A DNA stretch of 38,979 nt from Armatimonadota bacterium. GTDB taxonomy: Bacteria > Sysuimicrobiota > Sysuimicrobiia > Sysuimicrobiales > Humicultoraceae. Position 1 is the stretch's first letter; every line of letters begins with the position of its first letter. The position numbers were made by a program, and so were the translations under genes. Below the pieces are notes generated by a model that searched no databases, was not told the DNA's origin, and saw only the letters and a list, made by a program, of their open reading frames with translations. Shown here piece by piece: positions 10,063 through 20,254 of this stretch. Where the stretch lies: contig JBQTJP010000051.1 of the NCBI GenBank assembly GCA_052386995.1, positions 1 through 38,979 of the forward strand, read 5' to 3'.

Positions 10063-10845
10063 CTAGCCGACCGCGGCGGCGGCGGTACCGCTGCCGAGGT
10101 ACGCCTCGATGACCTTGGGATCGTTCTGGACCTGGGCGGGGGGGCCCTCGGCGATCTTGACGCCGTAATCGAGGACGGTGACGCGGTCGGAGATGCCCAT
10201 CACGACGCGCATGTTGTGCTCGATCAGCAGGATGGTGAGCCCCAGATCGGCGCGGAGCCGGCGAAGAAACACCATCAGGCTCACCGCCTCCGTGGGCGAC
10301 ATCCCCGCGGTCGGCTCATCGAGCAGCAACAGCTTGGGCCGGCTCGCCAGGGCGCGCGCGATCTCCAGGCGCCTCTGGTCGCCGTAGGCCAGGTTCTTTG
10401 CCAGTTCGTTCTCATGTCCCCTCAGGCCGACGAGATCGAGGAGCGCGCCCCCGCGCTGCAGCGCGTCTGACTCGACCGCATGAAACCTGGGCGTGCGCAG
10501 CAGGACGTCCCATGCGCCCAGCGGCAGACGGCTGTGCATCCCCACGAGGACGTTCTCGATGACGGTCATGTTGCCGAACAGCCTGATGTTCTGAAACGTA
10601 CGGCACATCCCCAGCGCCGTGATCTGATCGGATCGCAGACCCACCAGCCCCCGGCCGCCGAAAGAGACCTGGCCCTCTTCCGGCCCGTAGATCCCGGTGA
10701 AGACGTTGAAGAGGGTCGTCTTCCCCGCGCCGTTGGGGCCGATGATGCTGACGATGAGCCCTTCGTCGAGGGAGAAATCGACGCGGTTGACCGCGACCAG
10801 TCCTCCGAATCGCTTCGTGACCCCCGCGGCTTCGAAAAGCGCCAT
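10063..10845 (-). CDS. livG: Branched-chain amino acid ABC transporter ATP-binding protein
   Basis: FGGLVAV, GPNGAGKTT, RTFQNIRLF, LDEPTAG, IEHNM, VIEAYLG. Confidence 0.93.
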   Translation of the reverse strand: MALFEAAGVTKRFGGLVAVNRVDFSLDEGLIVSIIGPNGAGKTTLFNVFTGIYGPEEGQVSFGGRGLVGLRSDQITALGMCRTFQNIRLFGNMTVIENVLVGMHSRLPLGAWDVLLRTPRFHAVESDALQRGGALLDLVGLRGHENELAKNLAYGDQRRLEIARALASRPKLLLLDEPTAGMSPTEAVSLMVFLRRLRADLGLTILLIEHNMRVVMGISDRVTVLDYGVKIAEGPPAQVQNDPKVIEAYLGSGTAAAAVG

Positions 10846-10846
10846 G

Positions 10847-12139
10847 CTAGGTGCCCTCGGCGGCCGTGACCGGTTCCTCCGCTGCGATCGCTTTGGCTTC
10901 TTTCAACTCTCGCTCCCGCCGCCGGGATGGCAGAATGCCCTGCGACCGAAAGATCATCATGAGAATCAGAATGATGCCAAACACCATGCGCTCGTACTTG
11001 GCCGGTTCCAGCTGCGTCGGGAGGTTCGCCAGGTTATATCCGAGGATCGTGACCCCGGCCGACTTCCATGAGTTGAGGGTCAGCGAGAGTTGCTTGAGAA
11101 TCTGTAAATTCAGGACCGTGACCAGGCTCGCACCGAGAATGGCTCCGGGGATGCTGCCCACTCCGCCCAGGATGACCATCGACAACACGCCGATCGACTC
11201 CAGAAATGTGAAGCTTTCGGGGTTGATGAACACCTGCTTGCTGGCGAACAGCACCCCCATCGCGCCCGCGAACGACGCGCCCGCGGCGAAGGCGAGCAGC
11301 TTGCTGCGGACGAGCGGGATTCCCATCGCGACCGCGGCCGCCTCATCCTCCCGGATGGCCTCCCAGGCCCGGCCGATATGCGAGTCCTTGAAGCGCTGCG
11401 TGACGAGTATCACAATCCCGACGACGAGCAGGACCAGGAAATAGAAATACACGGGGTAGAGTGCCGCGGGGGTCGCGGTCATGCCCAGCTTCTGGAGGAT
11501 CGGCGCGAAGAACAGCGGTGGACGGCCCACCGGCGTGATGCCGATCGGGCCGTTGGTAAAGTTGATCGGCTTATCGAGATTGTTGGCCAGCACCCGGACG
11601 ACTTCACCAAACCCCAGCGTGACGATCGCGAGATAGTCACCGCGCACGCGCAGCACCGGAAGGCCCAGCAGGACGCCGGTCAACGCGGCCGTGGCCACCG
11701 CGACCAGGAGGAATACGTAGAACCACCAGCCGGCGAGGGGGAAGATGGCCGTCGCGTTCTCCCAGATCTTGAGCGCCTGCGGGGACCCGACGATCGCCCA
11801 CGTGTACGCGCCCACCGCGTAGAATGCAACGTACCCAAGGTCGAGCAAACCGGCGATGCCGACCACGATGTTCAGGCCCAGCGCGAGCGCCACGAAGATC
11901 CCTATCTGCGTCGCCACCTCGAGATAGAAGGTGTTGTGCGTACCCAGGTAGGGCATCAGGATACCGAGCGTTACCGCGAGCAGAATCCCCCGGTACCAGG
12001 CCGGCAGCTTGACGTAGTACATCACCCCGATCGACCCCATGAAGAGGAGGAAGACCGCCAGTGACCTCGGGAGGCTCGCCACCAGGTACGACGTGCCCAG
12101 GATGTAGGCGGCGACGAGGACGCCGCTAAACCTTCTCAC
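10847..12139 (-). CDS. livM: Branched-chain amino acid ABC transporter permease
   Basis: LGLNIVVG.AGLLDLGYVAFYAVGAY, RGDYLAIVTLGFGE, AIREDE. Confidence 0.92.
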   Translation of the reverse strand: MRRFSGVLVAAYILGTSYLVASLPRSLAVFLLFMGSIGVMYYVKLPAWYRGILLAVTLGILMPYLGTHNTFYLEVATQIGIFVALALGLNIVVGIAGLLDLGYVAFYAVGAYTWAIVGSPQALKIWENATAIFPLAGWWFYVFLLVAVATAALTGVLLGLPVLRVRGDYLAIVTLGFGEVVRVLANNLDKPINFTNGPIGITPVGRPPLFFAPILQKLGMTATPAALYPVYFYFLVLLVVGIVILVTQRFKDSHIGRAWEAIREDEAAAVAMGIPLVRSKLLAFAAGASFAGAMGVLFASKQVFINPESFTFLESIGVLSMVILGGVGSIPGAILGASLVTVLNLQILKQLSLTLNSWKSAGVTILGYNLANLPTQLEPAKYERMVFGIILILMMIFRSQGILPSRRRERELKEAKAIAAEEPVTAAEGT

Positions 12140-13097
12140 GCACCACCTCGCCCAACAGCCCCCTGGGCCGGAACATCAGGATCAGGATCAGGACGCCGAA
12201 GGCAAAGATGTCCTTGTATTCGGCGCCAAAGGCGCCGCCGGTCAGCAGCGACATATAGGACGCCGCAAACGTTTCCAGCATGCCCAGCACCAAGCCGCCC
12301 AACATCGCGCCCGGGATATTGCCAATACCCCCCAGTACGGCCGCCGTGAACGCCTTGATGCCGGGGATGAAGCCGGTGTAGGGGTTGATGGTGCCGAACT
12401 GCAGCCCGAAGAGCGCGCCGGCCGCACCCCCCATCGCGCCGCCGATGAGAAACGTAAGCGAGATCATCTGGTTCACGTTGATCCCCATCAGGCCGGCGGT
12501 CGCCTGATCCTCGGCCACGGCGCGGATCGCCTTCCCCAGCTTCGTGCGGTTCACGAATAGGGTCAGCGCGACCAACATGAGCACGGCCGCCGCTATTGCC
12601 AAAATCGACTTCACCGAGATGTCGGTTTCGCCGACTAGCGTCAGACGCACATCGAAGAACTCAATCGTAGGGTACGTCAGGAAAAACGCGTTGCGCCACA
12701 CGCTCTCCGTGAGCCGGATCGCGTCTTGCAGAAAGAACGAGACACCGATCGCCGAGATCAACGGCACGAGCCGAGGGGCTCCCCGCAGGGGGCGGTAGGC
12801 GATGCGTTCCACCGCCACCGCCAGAAGTCCGCTGACGAGCATGGCCGCCAGCACGATCACGGTGAGCAGGATAAGCGGATGCACCGAGGTCAACGCGTTG
12901 TTCGCCTGCAGCACGAGCAGGATCTCGGCGCCCACGAACGCGCCCATGACGAAGATCTCGCTGTGGGCGAAGTTGATCATCTGCAGGACGCCGTAGACCA
13001 TCGTGTAGCCCAGGGCGATGAGCGCGTACACGAAGCCGAGTACGATGCCGTCGACAACCACAGTGGGGAAGATGCCGATCAGGATGTCCCATTCCAT
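12126..13097 (-). CDS. livH: Branched-chain amino acid ABC transporter permease
   Basis: YALIALGYTMVYG..INFAH, ERIAYRPLR, KAFTAAVLGGIG. Confidence 0.93.
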   Translation of the reverse strand: MEWDILIGIFPTVVVDGIVLGFVYALIALGYTMVYGVLQMINFAHSEIFVMGAFVGAEILLVLQANNALTSVHPLILLTVIVLAAMLVSGLLAVAVERIAYRPLRGAPRLVPLISAIGVSFFLQDAIRLTESVWRNAFFLTYPTIEFFDVRLTLVGETDISVKSILAIAAAVLMLVALTLFVNRTKLGKAIRAVAEDQATAGLMGINVNQMISLTFLIGGAMGGAAGALFGLQFGTINPYTGFIPGIKAFTAAVLGGIGNIPGAMLGGLVLGMLETFAASYMSLLTGGAFGAEYKDIFAFGVLILILMFRPRGLLGEVVREKV

Positions 13098-13208
13098 GGG
13101 TCCGTCTATTCACCGCCCCGGCGGCCCGGCCCTTCGTACGCGGCCAAAAGGGCATCCTGACATCATTAGGGCGAGCGTGCCGAGCGATTGGGTTCATCCC
13201 ATCTTCCG

Positions 13209-13238
13209 AAAATACAAGGGGCCGGCGGCGCCGGCCCC
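13209..13238 (-). terminator. Intrinsic terminator / stabilising stem-loop between livK and livH
   Basis: Minus strand GGGGCCGGC-GCC-GCCGGCCCC followed by TTGTATTTT. Confidence 0.75.
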
Positions 13239-13265
13239 CCTGAGTCCGACCGAGACCCAGACGCT

Positions 13266-14486
13266 CTACTGCATCTTCTTGGCTTCCGGCGGGGAGATGT
13301 TGAGCTTCTTGACCAGCGAGTTGTCGCCCCACTTCGCCGGGTCGGCCGAGAGAATGCGGATGACGAAATACGTCGCCGGAACTGGGTCGCCCTTGGAGTC
13401 AAAGGTGAAACTGCCGGTCAGCCCCGGGAACCCCTTGGTCTTGGCCACTTCCGCGGTGACCTGCTCGCGGGAGGGCTTCTTTCCACCGGCGGCCTTGATC
13501 GCGCGCTCGAGAGCCTTCAGCCCGATGGCCGTGGCGTCGTACGCCTGAGCCGCAAACGGCTCGGGGTCCTTTCCGAACTTCGCCTTGTAGTCCCTGGCGA
13601 ACTTGGCCGCCTTCGGGTAGACCGACACCGGGCCGGCAACCGTCGTGTAGTGCATCCCGACGATGGCCTGTCCGGCGATCTTCGGGAGGTCGGTGGAGTC
13701 CATCCCATCGGGCCCGAGGAACTTCGATTTGACGCCCTTGGCGCGCGCCTGCTTGAAGAAGACACCGGCCTGGTCGTAGATCCCGCCGAAGTACACCAGG
13801 TCGGGGTTGCGCGCCTTGATCGGTGTGACGATAGGATCAAAGTTGGCCTTCTCCTCTGTGCCCTCAAAGCCAACAACATTCATCTTCATCTTGGGCGCGT
13901 GCTGCTTGAAGAACTCGGCAACGCCCTGGCCGTAGGCCGTCTTGTCGTGCAGGATGTAGACGCTCTTGACCTTCAGGTCCTTGGCCGCGAACTCCGCGCC
14001 CACGACGCCCTGAACGTCGTCGCGGCCCACGACCCGGAAGACGTTCTTGAGCTTGCGGTCGGTGATGACCGGGTTCGTATTCGCGGGAGAGATCATCGCC
14101 AGGTTGCTATCTTTGTAGACCTCGGACGAGGGGATCGCGACGCCGGAGTTCAGGTGTCCGATCACCATCAGGATGTCCGGATCGGTGACGAGGTTCTTCG
14201 CATTGGCCACACCGACGTCCGGCTTGGCCTGGTCGTCAAAGGGCACGACTTCAAGATCGAACCCGAGCTTCTTGATCGGTCCACCGAGCTGCGCGACCGC
14301 CAGCTGGGTGCCGTTCTTGAGCCCCTCTCCCAGGACAGCCTGCCCTCCGGACAGCGGGCCCTGGGTGGCGACTTTGATCTTCTGCATCGCAGCCGCGCCC
14401 ACGGGCGCCTGCGCCGGGAGCAGCATCGCCGCGATCGCCAGGACAGCGACCGCGACCATCACTACCTTCATTGGCTTCATACTCAT
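13266..14486 (-). CDS. livK: Branched-chain amino acid ABC transporter substrate-binding protein
   Basis: GGAGG RBS before ATG 14486; signal peptide; GPLSG, IGHLNSGV, HDKTAYGQG, YDA. Confidence 0.9.
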   Translation of the reverse strand: MSMKPMKVVMVAVAVLAIAAMLLPAQAPVGAAAMQKIKVATQGPLSGGQAVLGEGLKNGTQLAVAQLGGPIKKLGFDLEVVPFDDQAKPDVGVANAKNLVTDPDILMVIGHLNSGVAIPSSEVYKDSNLAMISPANTNPVITDRKLKNVFRVVGRDDVQGVVGAEFAAKDLKVKSVYILHDKTAYGQGVAEFFKQHAPKMKMNVVGFEGTEEKANFDPIVTPIKARNPDLVYFGGIYDQAGVFFKQARAKGVKSKFLGPDGMDSTDLPKIAGQAIVGMHYTTVAGPVSVYPKAAKFARDYKAKFGKDPEPFAAQAYDATAIGLKALERAIKAAGGKKPSREQVTAEVAKTKGFPGLTGSFTFDSKGDPVPATYFVIRILSADPAKWGDNSLVKKLNISPPEAKKMQ

Positions 14487-14522
14487 CTCGCCTCCATCAT
14501 AGTGAGATTGACGTCGTCTCGG

Positions 14523-14549
14523 TTTCGCCAGGAGGTCAGGACTTCCTGC
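14523..14549 (-). promoter_or_regulatory. Candidate SigH-like promoter for livK (GCAGGA-N17-GAAA)
   Basis: Minus strand GCAGGA AGTCCTGACCTCCTGGC GAAA in the gap between the Pro dehydrogenase gene and livK. Confidence 0.55.
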
Positions 14550-14557
14550 TGCCAGGC

Positions 14558-15472
14558 TTAGCCACGCAGCAGGTTGCGGAGCACGAAGCCGATGTTGGCA
14601 GGGCGCTCCGCGAGCCGCCGCATGAAATACGGATACCACTGAGACCCGTAGGGCACGTAGATCCGCATCCGACAGCCGGCCGCGCGCAGCCGCTCCGCCA
14701 CGTCACGGCGGACGCCGTAGATCATCTGGAACTCGAACGTGTCCGGCGACCGCTGGTCCTGCCGGGTCTGCGCTATCGCGGCGTCGATGAGGCGCTCGTC
14801 GTGCGTGGCAACGGCGTGGTACTCCGGATCTCGCAGCAGGCGCTGGAGCAGCCGAAGGTAGTTTGCGTCTACGTCGCGCTTGCGCGGATAGGCGATGGTA
14901 GCCGGCTCCGCGTAGGCACCCTTGACCAGGCGGACGGGGATGCCCAGGCGCAGCAGGCGCTCCAGGTCCTCGGCACTGCGATACAGATACGCCTGGATGA
15001 CCCCGCCGAGCCGGTCGTATCCCTCGCGCCGGCACCCCTCCAGGATGGACAGGGTCGCGTCCACGTACGACGAGTGCTCCATGTCGACGCGGATGAACGT
15101 CCCGGTCGTCTTGGCCTGTTCGAGGATTCGCCTGAGGTGTGAGCGGGCGAGCTCTACGCCCAAGTCCAGGCCCAGTTGCGTGAGCTTGACCGAGACGTAG
15201 CAGTCTCCCGGCCGTCCCCCCAGGCGCCTCAGAATCTCCTGGTAAGCCGCCGCGGCCGCGGTCGCTTCCTCCGGCGTCGTGGTCTTCTCTCCCAGGAAAT
15301 TCACTGAGGTGAGAAACCCCGCCGCCATGAGTCGATCGACGGCGACCAGGGCGTCCTCCAGCGTCTCACCGGCGACGAACCGCCTGGAGACCCGGCGGCC
15401 CACCGGGTGCTGCGTCGCGAACGCACGCGCCCTCGGGTTTTCCGAGAGCGCGAGGAAAACCCGACGCAGCAT
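14558..15472 (-). CDS. Monofunctional proline dehydrogenase
   Basis: RFVAGET, SVKLTQLGL, VDME, IQAYLYRS, RLVKGAY.E, ATHD, EFQM.YG, YVPYG..WYPYFMRRLAERPAN. Confidence 0.95.
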   Translation of the reverse strand: MLRRVFLALSENPRARAFATQHPVGRRVSRRFVAGETLEDALVAVDRLMAAGFLTSVNFLGEKTTTPEEATAAAAAYQEILRRLGGRPGDCYVSVKLTQLGLDLGVELARSHLRRILEQAKTTGTFIRVDMEHSSYVDATLSILEGCRREGYDRLGGVIQAYLYRSAEDLERLLRLGIPVRLVKGAYAEPATIAYPRKRDVDANYLRLLQRLLRDPEYHAVATHDERLIDAAIAQTRQDQRSPDTFEFQMIYGVRRDVAERLRAAGCRMRIYVPYGSQWYPYFMRRLAERPANIGFVLRNLLRG

Positions 15473-15487
15473 GTGAGGCTTCGGGGA

Positions 15488-16759
15488 CTACGGGTAGATG
15501 CCGCGGATGTAGAGGGCGCCGGCCACACGATCGATCGCGCGAATGAGCGCCGCCGTCCGCCACGCGACGCGCCGCCCCTCCGCCACCCCGATGACCTGGC
15601 CGAAGCTGCGGACCATGATGCGTTCCAGGTTGGCGTTCACTTCTTCTTCGGTCCAGAAGAACTGCTGTAGACCCTGCACCCATTCGAAGTACGACACAAT
15701 CACCCCGCCCGCGTTCGCCAGGATATCGGGGATGACGGTGATCTTGCGCTCGGCCAGTATGTCATCGGCGCCGGGCGTCACCGGTCCATTGGCCCCTTCG
15801 ACGATGAGCCGCGTCTTCAGGCGTGAGGCGTTCTCCTCGGTGATCTGACCTTCGAGGGCGCTGGGAACCAGGATGTCGCAGGGGAGTTCAAGCAGCGCCG
15901 CGTTGGTCGTCGGGTCCGCGCCGGGGAACCCCGCCACCGAACCGGTCCGGTTCTTGTGCTCAACGAGGCGGGCCGCATCGAGCCCTCGTGTGTTGACGAC
16001 GCCGCCGCTGGTATCACTCACGGCAATGATCGTGCACCCCAGTTGCGCCAGAAGCACCGCGGCTACCGTGCCGACGTTGCCGAAGCCCTGAATCGCGACC
16101 GTGGCGCCAGCCAGTTTCATCCCCATGTGCTGCGCCGCCTCGCGCGTCACAATCGCCACCCCGCGGCCGGTGGCCTCCACGCGTCCCTGCGATCCGCCAA
16201 TGGCGACCGGTTTTCCGGTCACCACCGACGGTGTGGAATACCCTCGGTGCATGCTGTACGTATCCATGATCCACGCCATGACTTGAGGATTCGTCCCGAC
16301 GTCGGGTGCCGGGATGTCGCCCTCGGGGCTCATCATGATCGAAATCTCGGTCGCGTACCGGCGCGTGAGGTGCTCCAGCTCGTTGAGCGAGAGCTCTTTT
16401 GGATTTACGACGACGCCGCCTTTCGCGCCGCCGTAGGGAAGGCCGACGACCGCGCACTTCCAGGACATCAGCATGGCGAGCGCGCGGACTTCGTTGAGGC
16501 CGACATCATGATGGTAGCGAATGCCGCCCTTCGTGGGCCCCAGCACCGTGCTGTGGTGCACCCGATACCCGGTAAAGATGCGCACCGACTCGTCGTCCAT
16601 TTTTACCGGGAAGTGCACGGTCAGCTCGCGCTTGGGATACGCCAGGAACTCCCGGATCCCGCGCTTGAGGGGCAGGTGATCCGCGGCGCGATCGAACTGC
16701 CGCAGCGCCGCGTCCCAGGGATCCTCCTTCGGCGCCATCACCAGGGCCTGCGCGCTCAT
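15488..16759 (-). CDS. gdhA: Glu/Leu/Phe/Val dehydrogenase, probably glutamate dehydrogenase
   Basis: [68 protein letters not shown]. Confidence 0.9.
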   Translation of the reverse strand: MSAQALVMAPKEDPWDAALRQFDRAADHLPLKRGIREFLAYPKRELTVHFPVKMDDESVRIFTGYRVHHSTVLGPTKGGIRYHHDVGLNEVRALAMLMSWKCAVVGLPYGGAKGGVVVNPKELSLNELEHLTRRYATEISIMMSPEGDIPAPDVGTNPQVMAWIMDTYSMHRGYSTPSVVTGKPVAIGGSQGRVEATGRGVAIVTREAAQHMGMKLAGATVAIQGFGNVGTVAAVLLAQLGCTIIAVSDTSGGVVNTRGLDAARLVEHKNRTGSVAGFPGADPTTNAALLELPCDILVPSALEGQITEENASRLKTRLIVEGANGPVTPGADDILAERKITVIPDILANAGGVIVSYFEWVQGLQQFFWTEEEVNANLERIMVRSFGQVIGVAEGRRVAWRTAALIRAIDRVAGALYIRGIYP

Positions 16760-16782
16760 CGCGTCCCTCCTGTGCCGAGATG

Positions 16783-16810
16783 GTGGATCTGCACTCGTGG
16801 ACCTGCACTC
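16783..16810. repeat. 14-bp tandem direct repeat upstream of gdhA
   Basis: GTGGATCTGCACTC GTGGACCTGCACTC (1 mismatch). Confidence 0.8.
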
Positions 16811-16813
16811 AAC

Positions 16814-16836
16814 GAGCGGGCCAAACGGGCCCGCTC
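16814..16836 (-). terminator. 9-bp hairpin just after the deacetylase stop, possible terminator
   Basis: GAGCGGGCC-AAACG-GGCCCGCTC; weak U-tract. Confidence 0.45.
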
Positions 16837-16840
16837 CGCA

Positions 16841-17770
16841 TTACCTGACCAGCATCGAGGGCGGCACGAGCACCACTCCCGCGCGCTCGAATTCGTCGAG
16901 CATGCTCGCCAGCACGCCCGCCGTCCGGCGGCCGACATGGCCGATCGCGATTGCGCTGCCTCGCTCCCGGGCCAGGGCGATCAGCCGACGCACCTGCTGA
17001 CGGATGGCGTCGTCCTCGTTCTGGTTGTCGAGAAACACGGCGCGTGCCGCGGTGGGCACCCCGAGATCGACCGCCACGGACTCCGCCACCGTCTCCGCGG
17101 TGGTGCGGCTGTCGATGAAGTACAGCCCGGCCTCACGCACGACTTCGATGATGGCGCGCATGACCCGCCTGTCGGCGGTGCCTTTCGACCCCATGTGATT
17201 GTTGACGCCGACGGCACCCGGTACGGACGCGAGGCCGGAGCGCACGACGGCGTGAATCTCGGCATCGTTCATCGCCACGGTCACGCCTCCAGGCCCAAGC
17301 GCCCGGTCGTCCGCGGACTCGACCGGCAGGTGGAGCAAGACGTCCAGCCCGGCCGCCCGCGCCCAACGGGCCACATCGCCGGAGTAGGCGAGACCCGGCA
17401 GGACCGCCACCGCGACAGGCCGTCCGATGGTGATAATCTCTTCCACGCCGTCGAGGCTGCCGCCTCCGTCATCGAAAATGATTGCCGCACGAAACGGCGG
17501 CGAGATCGGTGGCCGCATCCCGGGGTCTGCCTGACGCGGCGAGGGCGCGGACCGCGGCGATGGCTCGGGCGAGGCAACGGGTGGAGGGGCGGGCGCAACG
17601 GGTGGCTCGGGCGCCCTGGACTCACGCGTCGGGCCTAGCACAATCGCCTTCGGCGCGGGCCGAGTACCCTGTGCGAGCCAGACCCCTGCTGCACCAGCGG
17701 CGACGGCACCGGCGACGGCCGCCAGAACGGCGATACCCGCCAGACGCGATCCCTTACGGCGGCGGCTCAT
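16841..17770 (-). CDS. Divergent polysaccharide deacetylase family protein (YibQ-like)
   Basis: N-terminal TM anchor and Pro-rich linker; AIIFDDGG, LLHLPVE, NNHMGS, FIDSRT, FLDN, AIAIGH. Confidence 0.9.
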   Translation of the reverse strand: MSRRRKGSRLAGIAVLAAVAGAVAAGAAGVWLAQGTRPAPKAIVLGPTRESRAPEPPVAPAPPPVASPEPSPRSAPSPRQADPGMRPPISPPFRAAIIFDDGGGSLDGVEEIITIGRPVAVAVLPGLAYSGDVARWARAAGLDVLLHLPVESADDRALGPGGVTVAMNDAEIHAVVRSGLASVPGAVGVNNHMGSKGTADRRVMRAIIEVVREAGLYFIDSRTTAETVAESVAVDLGVPTAARAVFLDNQNEDDAIRQQVRRLIALARERGSAIAIGHVGRRTAGVLASMLDEFERAGVVLVPPSMLVR

Positions 17771-17788
17771 GCGTGAGGACCGCGTTGG

Positions 17789-19009
17789 CTATCGCTTCTG
17801 CGCAATGCGCTGCTTGAGGACCTCAATCGCGCGCTTCAATTGCTCGGCCTGGATGCGCGTGACGTCCGCTTCGGCCTTTCCCTCCAGACGCTCCCCGGCC
17901 ACGACGTCGGGCGTGATCCCGACCCCGTGGATGTCGCGCTCGGCCGGCGTCAGGTACTTTTCCGTGGTGACGGCCGCGGCCCCGCCGCTGCTGAGAGGGA
18001 AGATCGATTGAATGACGCCCTTCCCGAAGGTCTTGATCCCGACGACCGTCCCATCGGCTGAATCATGCAGCGCTCCGGCGAGGATCTCCGACGCGCTGGC
18101 GCTGTACTCGTTCACGAGGATCACGATCGGCAGGCCAAGCTTAACCCCGCCGCCGGACCGTTCGGTTGTGCGGCGGCCATCGCGACCGACGCGGTGCAGC
18201 ACCGGCCGGCCATGGGGCACAAAGCGCGAGGCGATCTCCAACGCTTCGTGCAGCAGGCCGCCGCCGTTGTTGCGCAGATCGATGATGAGCCCGCGGTCGC
18301 GGTCTTTCGATATGCGATCCAGCTCGGCCGCGACCTCCCGAGGCGTATCGTCGTTGAATGCCTGAATCTTCATGTAGCCCAACCGGTCGCCGGCAAGCGT
18401 GCGCCGCGTCGCCTCATCGAGAGACGACGGCCCCTGCACCGAGACGACCTGGATGCGGGCGCGGGTGATCTCGATGTCTACGTTCTGGCCCGGCCTCGCG
18501 ATCCGAAGCTTCACTTTGCTCCCTGCCGGACCGCGAATGCGCGTGACGGCCTCCTGCAGTGCCATCCCCTCCGTCGGCACACTGTTGATGAGCCTGATGC
18601 GGTCACCCGCGCGCAACCCTGCGCGGTGGGCCGGCGTCCCTTCGATCGGCTGCACGACGATCAACTGGCCGTCGCGAATGTCGATGAAGATCCCGATGCC
18701 GAAGAAGAAGCCCTTGACGCCCTGGGAGAACTCTTTGTAGACGGGCGGGTCCATGTACCGCGTGTAGGGATCGCCCAGCGCATCCAGCATGCCACGCGCG
18801 GCGCCATCGAAGAGTTTGGACGCCTCCGGCGCGGGATTGAGATACTCTCGCCGCGCGAGGTTCAATACCTCCCGCAGCAGGCTGAATCCCTGATCATCCG
18901 CGGACCGCGCGGCGGCGCTGCGATGGCCGGCACCAAACCCGACCAGAAACACGCCGGCGGCAAGCGCCGCCACCAGGAGTACGCTTATCGGCCGGACGCG
19001 CGTCAACAC
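17789..19009 (-). CDS. ctpA: S41 carboxyl-terminal processing protease
   Basis: LGDPYTRY, PDZ GIGI, IDLRNNGGG, SASASEI, TFGKG; GGGAGG RBS before GTG 19009. Confidence 0.92.
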   Translation of the reverse strand: MLTRVRPISVLLVAALAAGVFLVGFGAGHRSAAARSADDQGFSLLREVLNLARREYLNPAPEASKLFDGAARGMLDALGDPYTRYMDPPVYKEFSQGVKGFFFGIGIFIDIRDGQLIVVQPIEGTPAHRAGLRAGDRIRLINSVPTEGMALQEAVTRIRGPAGSKVKLRIARPGQNVDIEITRARIQVVSVQGPSSLDEATRRTLAGDRLGYMKIQAFNDDTPREVAAELDRISKDRDRGLIIDLRNNGGGLLHEALEIASRFVPHGRPVLHRVGRDGRRTTERSGGGVKLGLPIVILVNEYSASASEILAGALHDSADGTVVGIKTFGKGVIQSIFPLSSGGAAAVTTEKYLTPAERDIHGVGITPDVVAGERLEGKAEADVTRIQAEQLKRAIEVLKQRIAQKR

Positions 19010-19069
19010 GAGACATCGCCTCCCAGTCCACTCATGAATGGCCATGGGCCGAAGACTACTGCATGCTGT

Positions 19070-19098
19070 AGCTTACTCTGGCTGCGGGCGGGGAACAA
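19070..19098 (-). promoter_or_regulatory. Candidate sigma70-type promoter for ctpA
   Basis: Minus strand TTGTTC-N17-TAAGCT. Confidence 0.5.
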
Positions 19099-19111
19099 GC
19101 ACGCGCAGCAC

Positions 19112-20254
19112 TCACCGGGTGGGGTCGACGGGCTTGCCGTTCTGCCGGACCTCGAAATGCAGGTGCGGACCGGTGCTGTAGCCTGTGCTGCCGACGCGTC
19201 CGACCAGATGGCCCTGCGGGACCTGCTGGCCGGGCGAGGCCAGGATCGCGGAGAGATGGCCGTAGAGAGTGCTGGTACCCTGTCCGTGGTCGATGATCAC
19301 GAGTTTGCCGTACCCCCCGTACCAGCCCGCGAAGAGCACGACCCCCGCAAACGCGGCGCGTACAGGGCTTCCCTGAGCCGCGGCGATATCCAGACCCTGA
19401 TGGAACTGGCGGATGCGGAAGATCGGATGGCGCCGGAAGCCGAACCGTGAGGTCACGATCCCCCGGAGCGGCCAGATGAATGCCGCCAGTGATCGTCCCA
19501 ATCCCGCGCCGGATCGCGACTGCAGCCGCTGGATCAGCGCTTCGAGCTCAGTCGAGTCTTCCTCGAGATCGCGGACGGCGCGCTCGGCCGCGGTACGCTC
19601 GTTGACGATTCCGCTCAGCGCCTTCCGCTTGGCGGTCACCTCTTCCGCCAGCTGCGTGTGCTGTTCCTCCGTTTCGCCGAGCAGGGCCCGCAGGCGGGCC
19701 TGCTCGACGTCCAGCGCTTCGCGCAGCGCCGTGGTCCGGTCTCGATCGGTGGTGTAGGCGCGAATAAGCCGGCCATCCGCGCGGATGATCGCGCCGACCA
19801 GGCGCGCACGTGTGACGAATTCCGGGAACGTGGCGGCGCCGAGGACGACATCGAGATATCCGGCGCGCCCATACCGATGCAGATCGACCAGGCGTCCCGC
19901 CAGCAGCGTCCGACGGCGGGCCAGGGCCATCTCGGCCCGCGCCAGGGCGGAGGCCGCGCCCTCGGCGCGCATCCGCGCGCGGCGAAGCTCAGTGGTCAGA
20001 CGCGCCAGCCGATCTTCCGTCACCTCGCGGCGCCGATCCAATCGCTGGACCTCGTCGGACGTGCGGCGCTCGCGCCGGCGCGTCTGTCGCAGCCGCTGCC
20101 GTTCCTCTTCGAGGCGGCGCTGCACGCGGCGCAATTGCTCTTGTTTTTCCGGAAGCGTCCCCGACGCCGCGTCCGCCGGCGGTGCCGCCGCCGCGGCACA
20201 CGCCGCCACGAGGAGGATGGCCAGGAGCCGGCGCATCCGGGCGAGCCTGGTCAC
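19112..20254 (-). CDS. Coiled-coil + M23 peptidase protein (EnvC-like FtsEX partner)
   Basis: Signal peptide, long coiled coil, HQGLD and GPHLHFE Zn motifs intact; follows ftsX. Confidence 0.88.
   Translation of the reverse strand: MTRLARMRRLLAILLVAACAAAAAPPADAASGTLPEKQEQLRRVQRRLEEERQRLRQTRRRERRTSDEVQRLDRRREVTEDRLARLTTELRRARMRAEGAASALARAEMALARRRTLLAGRLVDLHRYGRAGYLDVVLGAATFPEFVTRARLVGAIIRADGRLIRAYTTDRDRTTALREALDVEQARLRALLGETEEQHTQLAEEVTAKRKALSGIVNERTAAERAVRDLEEDSTELEALIQRLQSRSGAGLGRSLAAFIWPLRGIVTSRFGFRRHPIFRIRQFHQGLDIAAAQGSPVRAAFAGVVLFAGWYGGYGKLVIIDHGQGTSTLYGHLSAILASPGQQVPQGHLVGRVGSTGYSTGPHLHFEVRQNGKPVDPTR

Noticed and set aside
16783..16810. CRISPR-like or IS terminal repeats among the short repeats
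   Set aside because: No spacers, only 2-3 adjacent copies, and no cas or transposase genes in the window.
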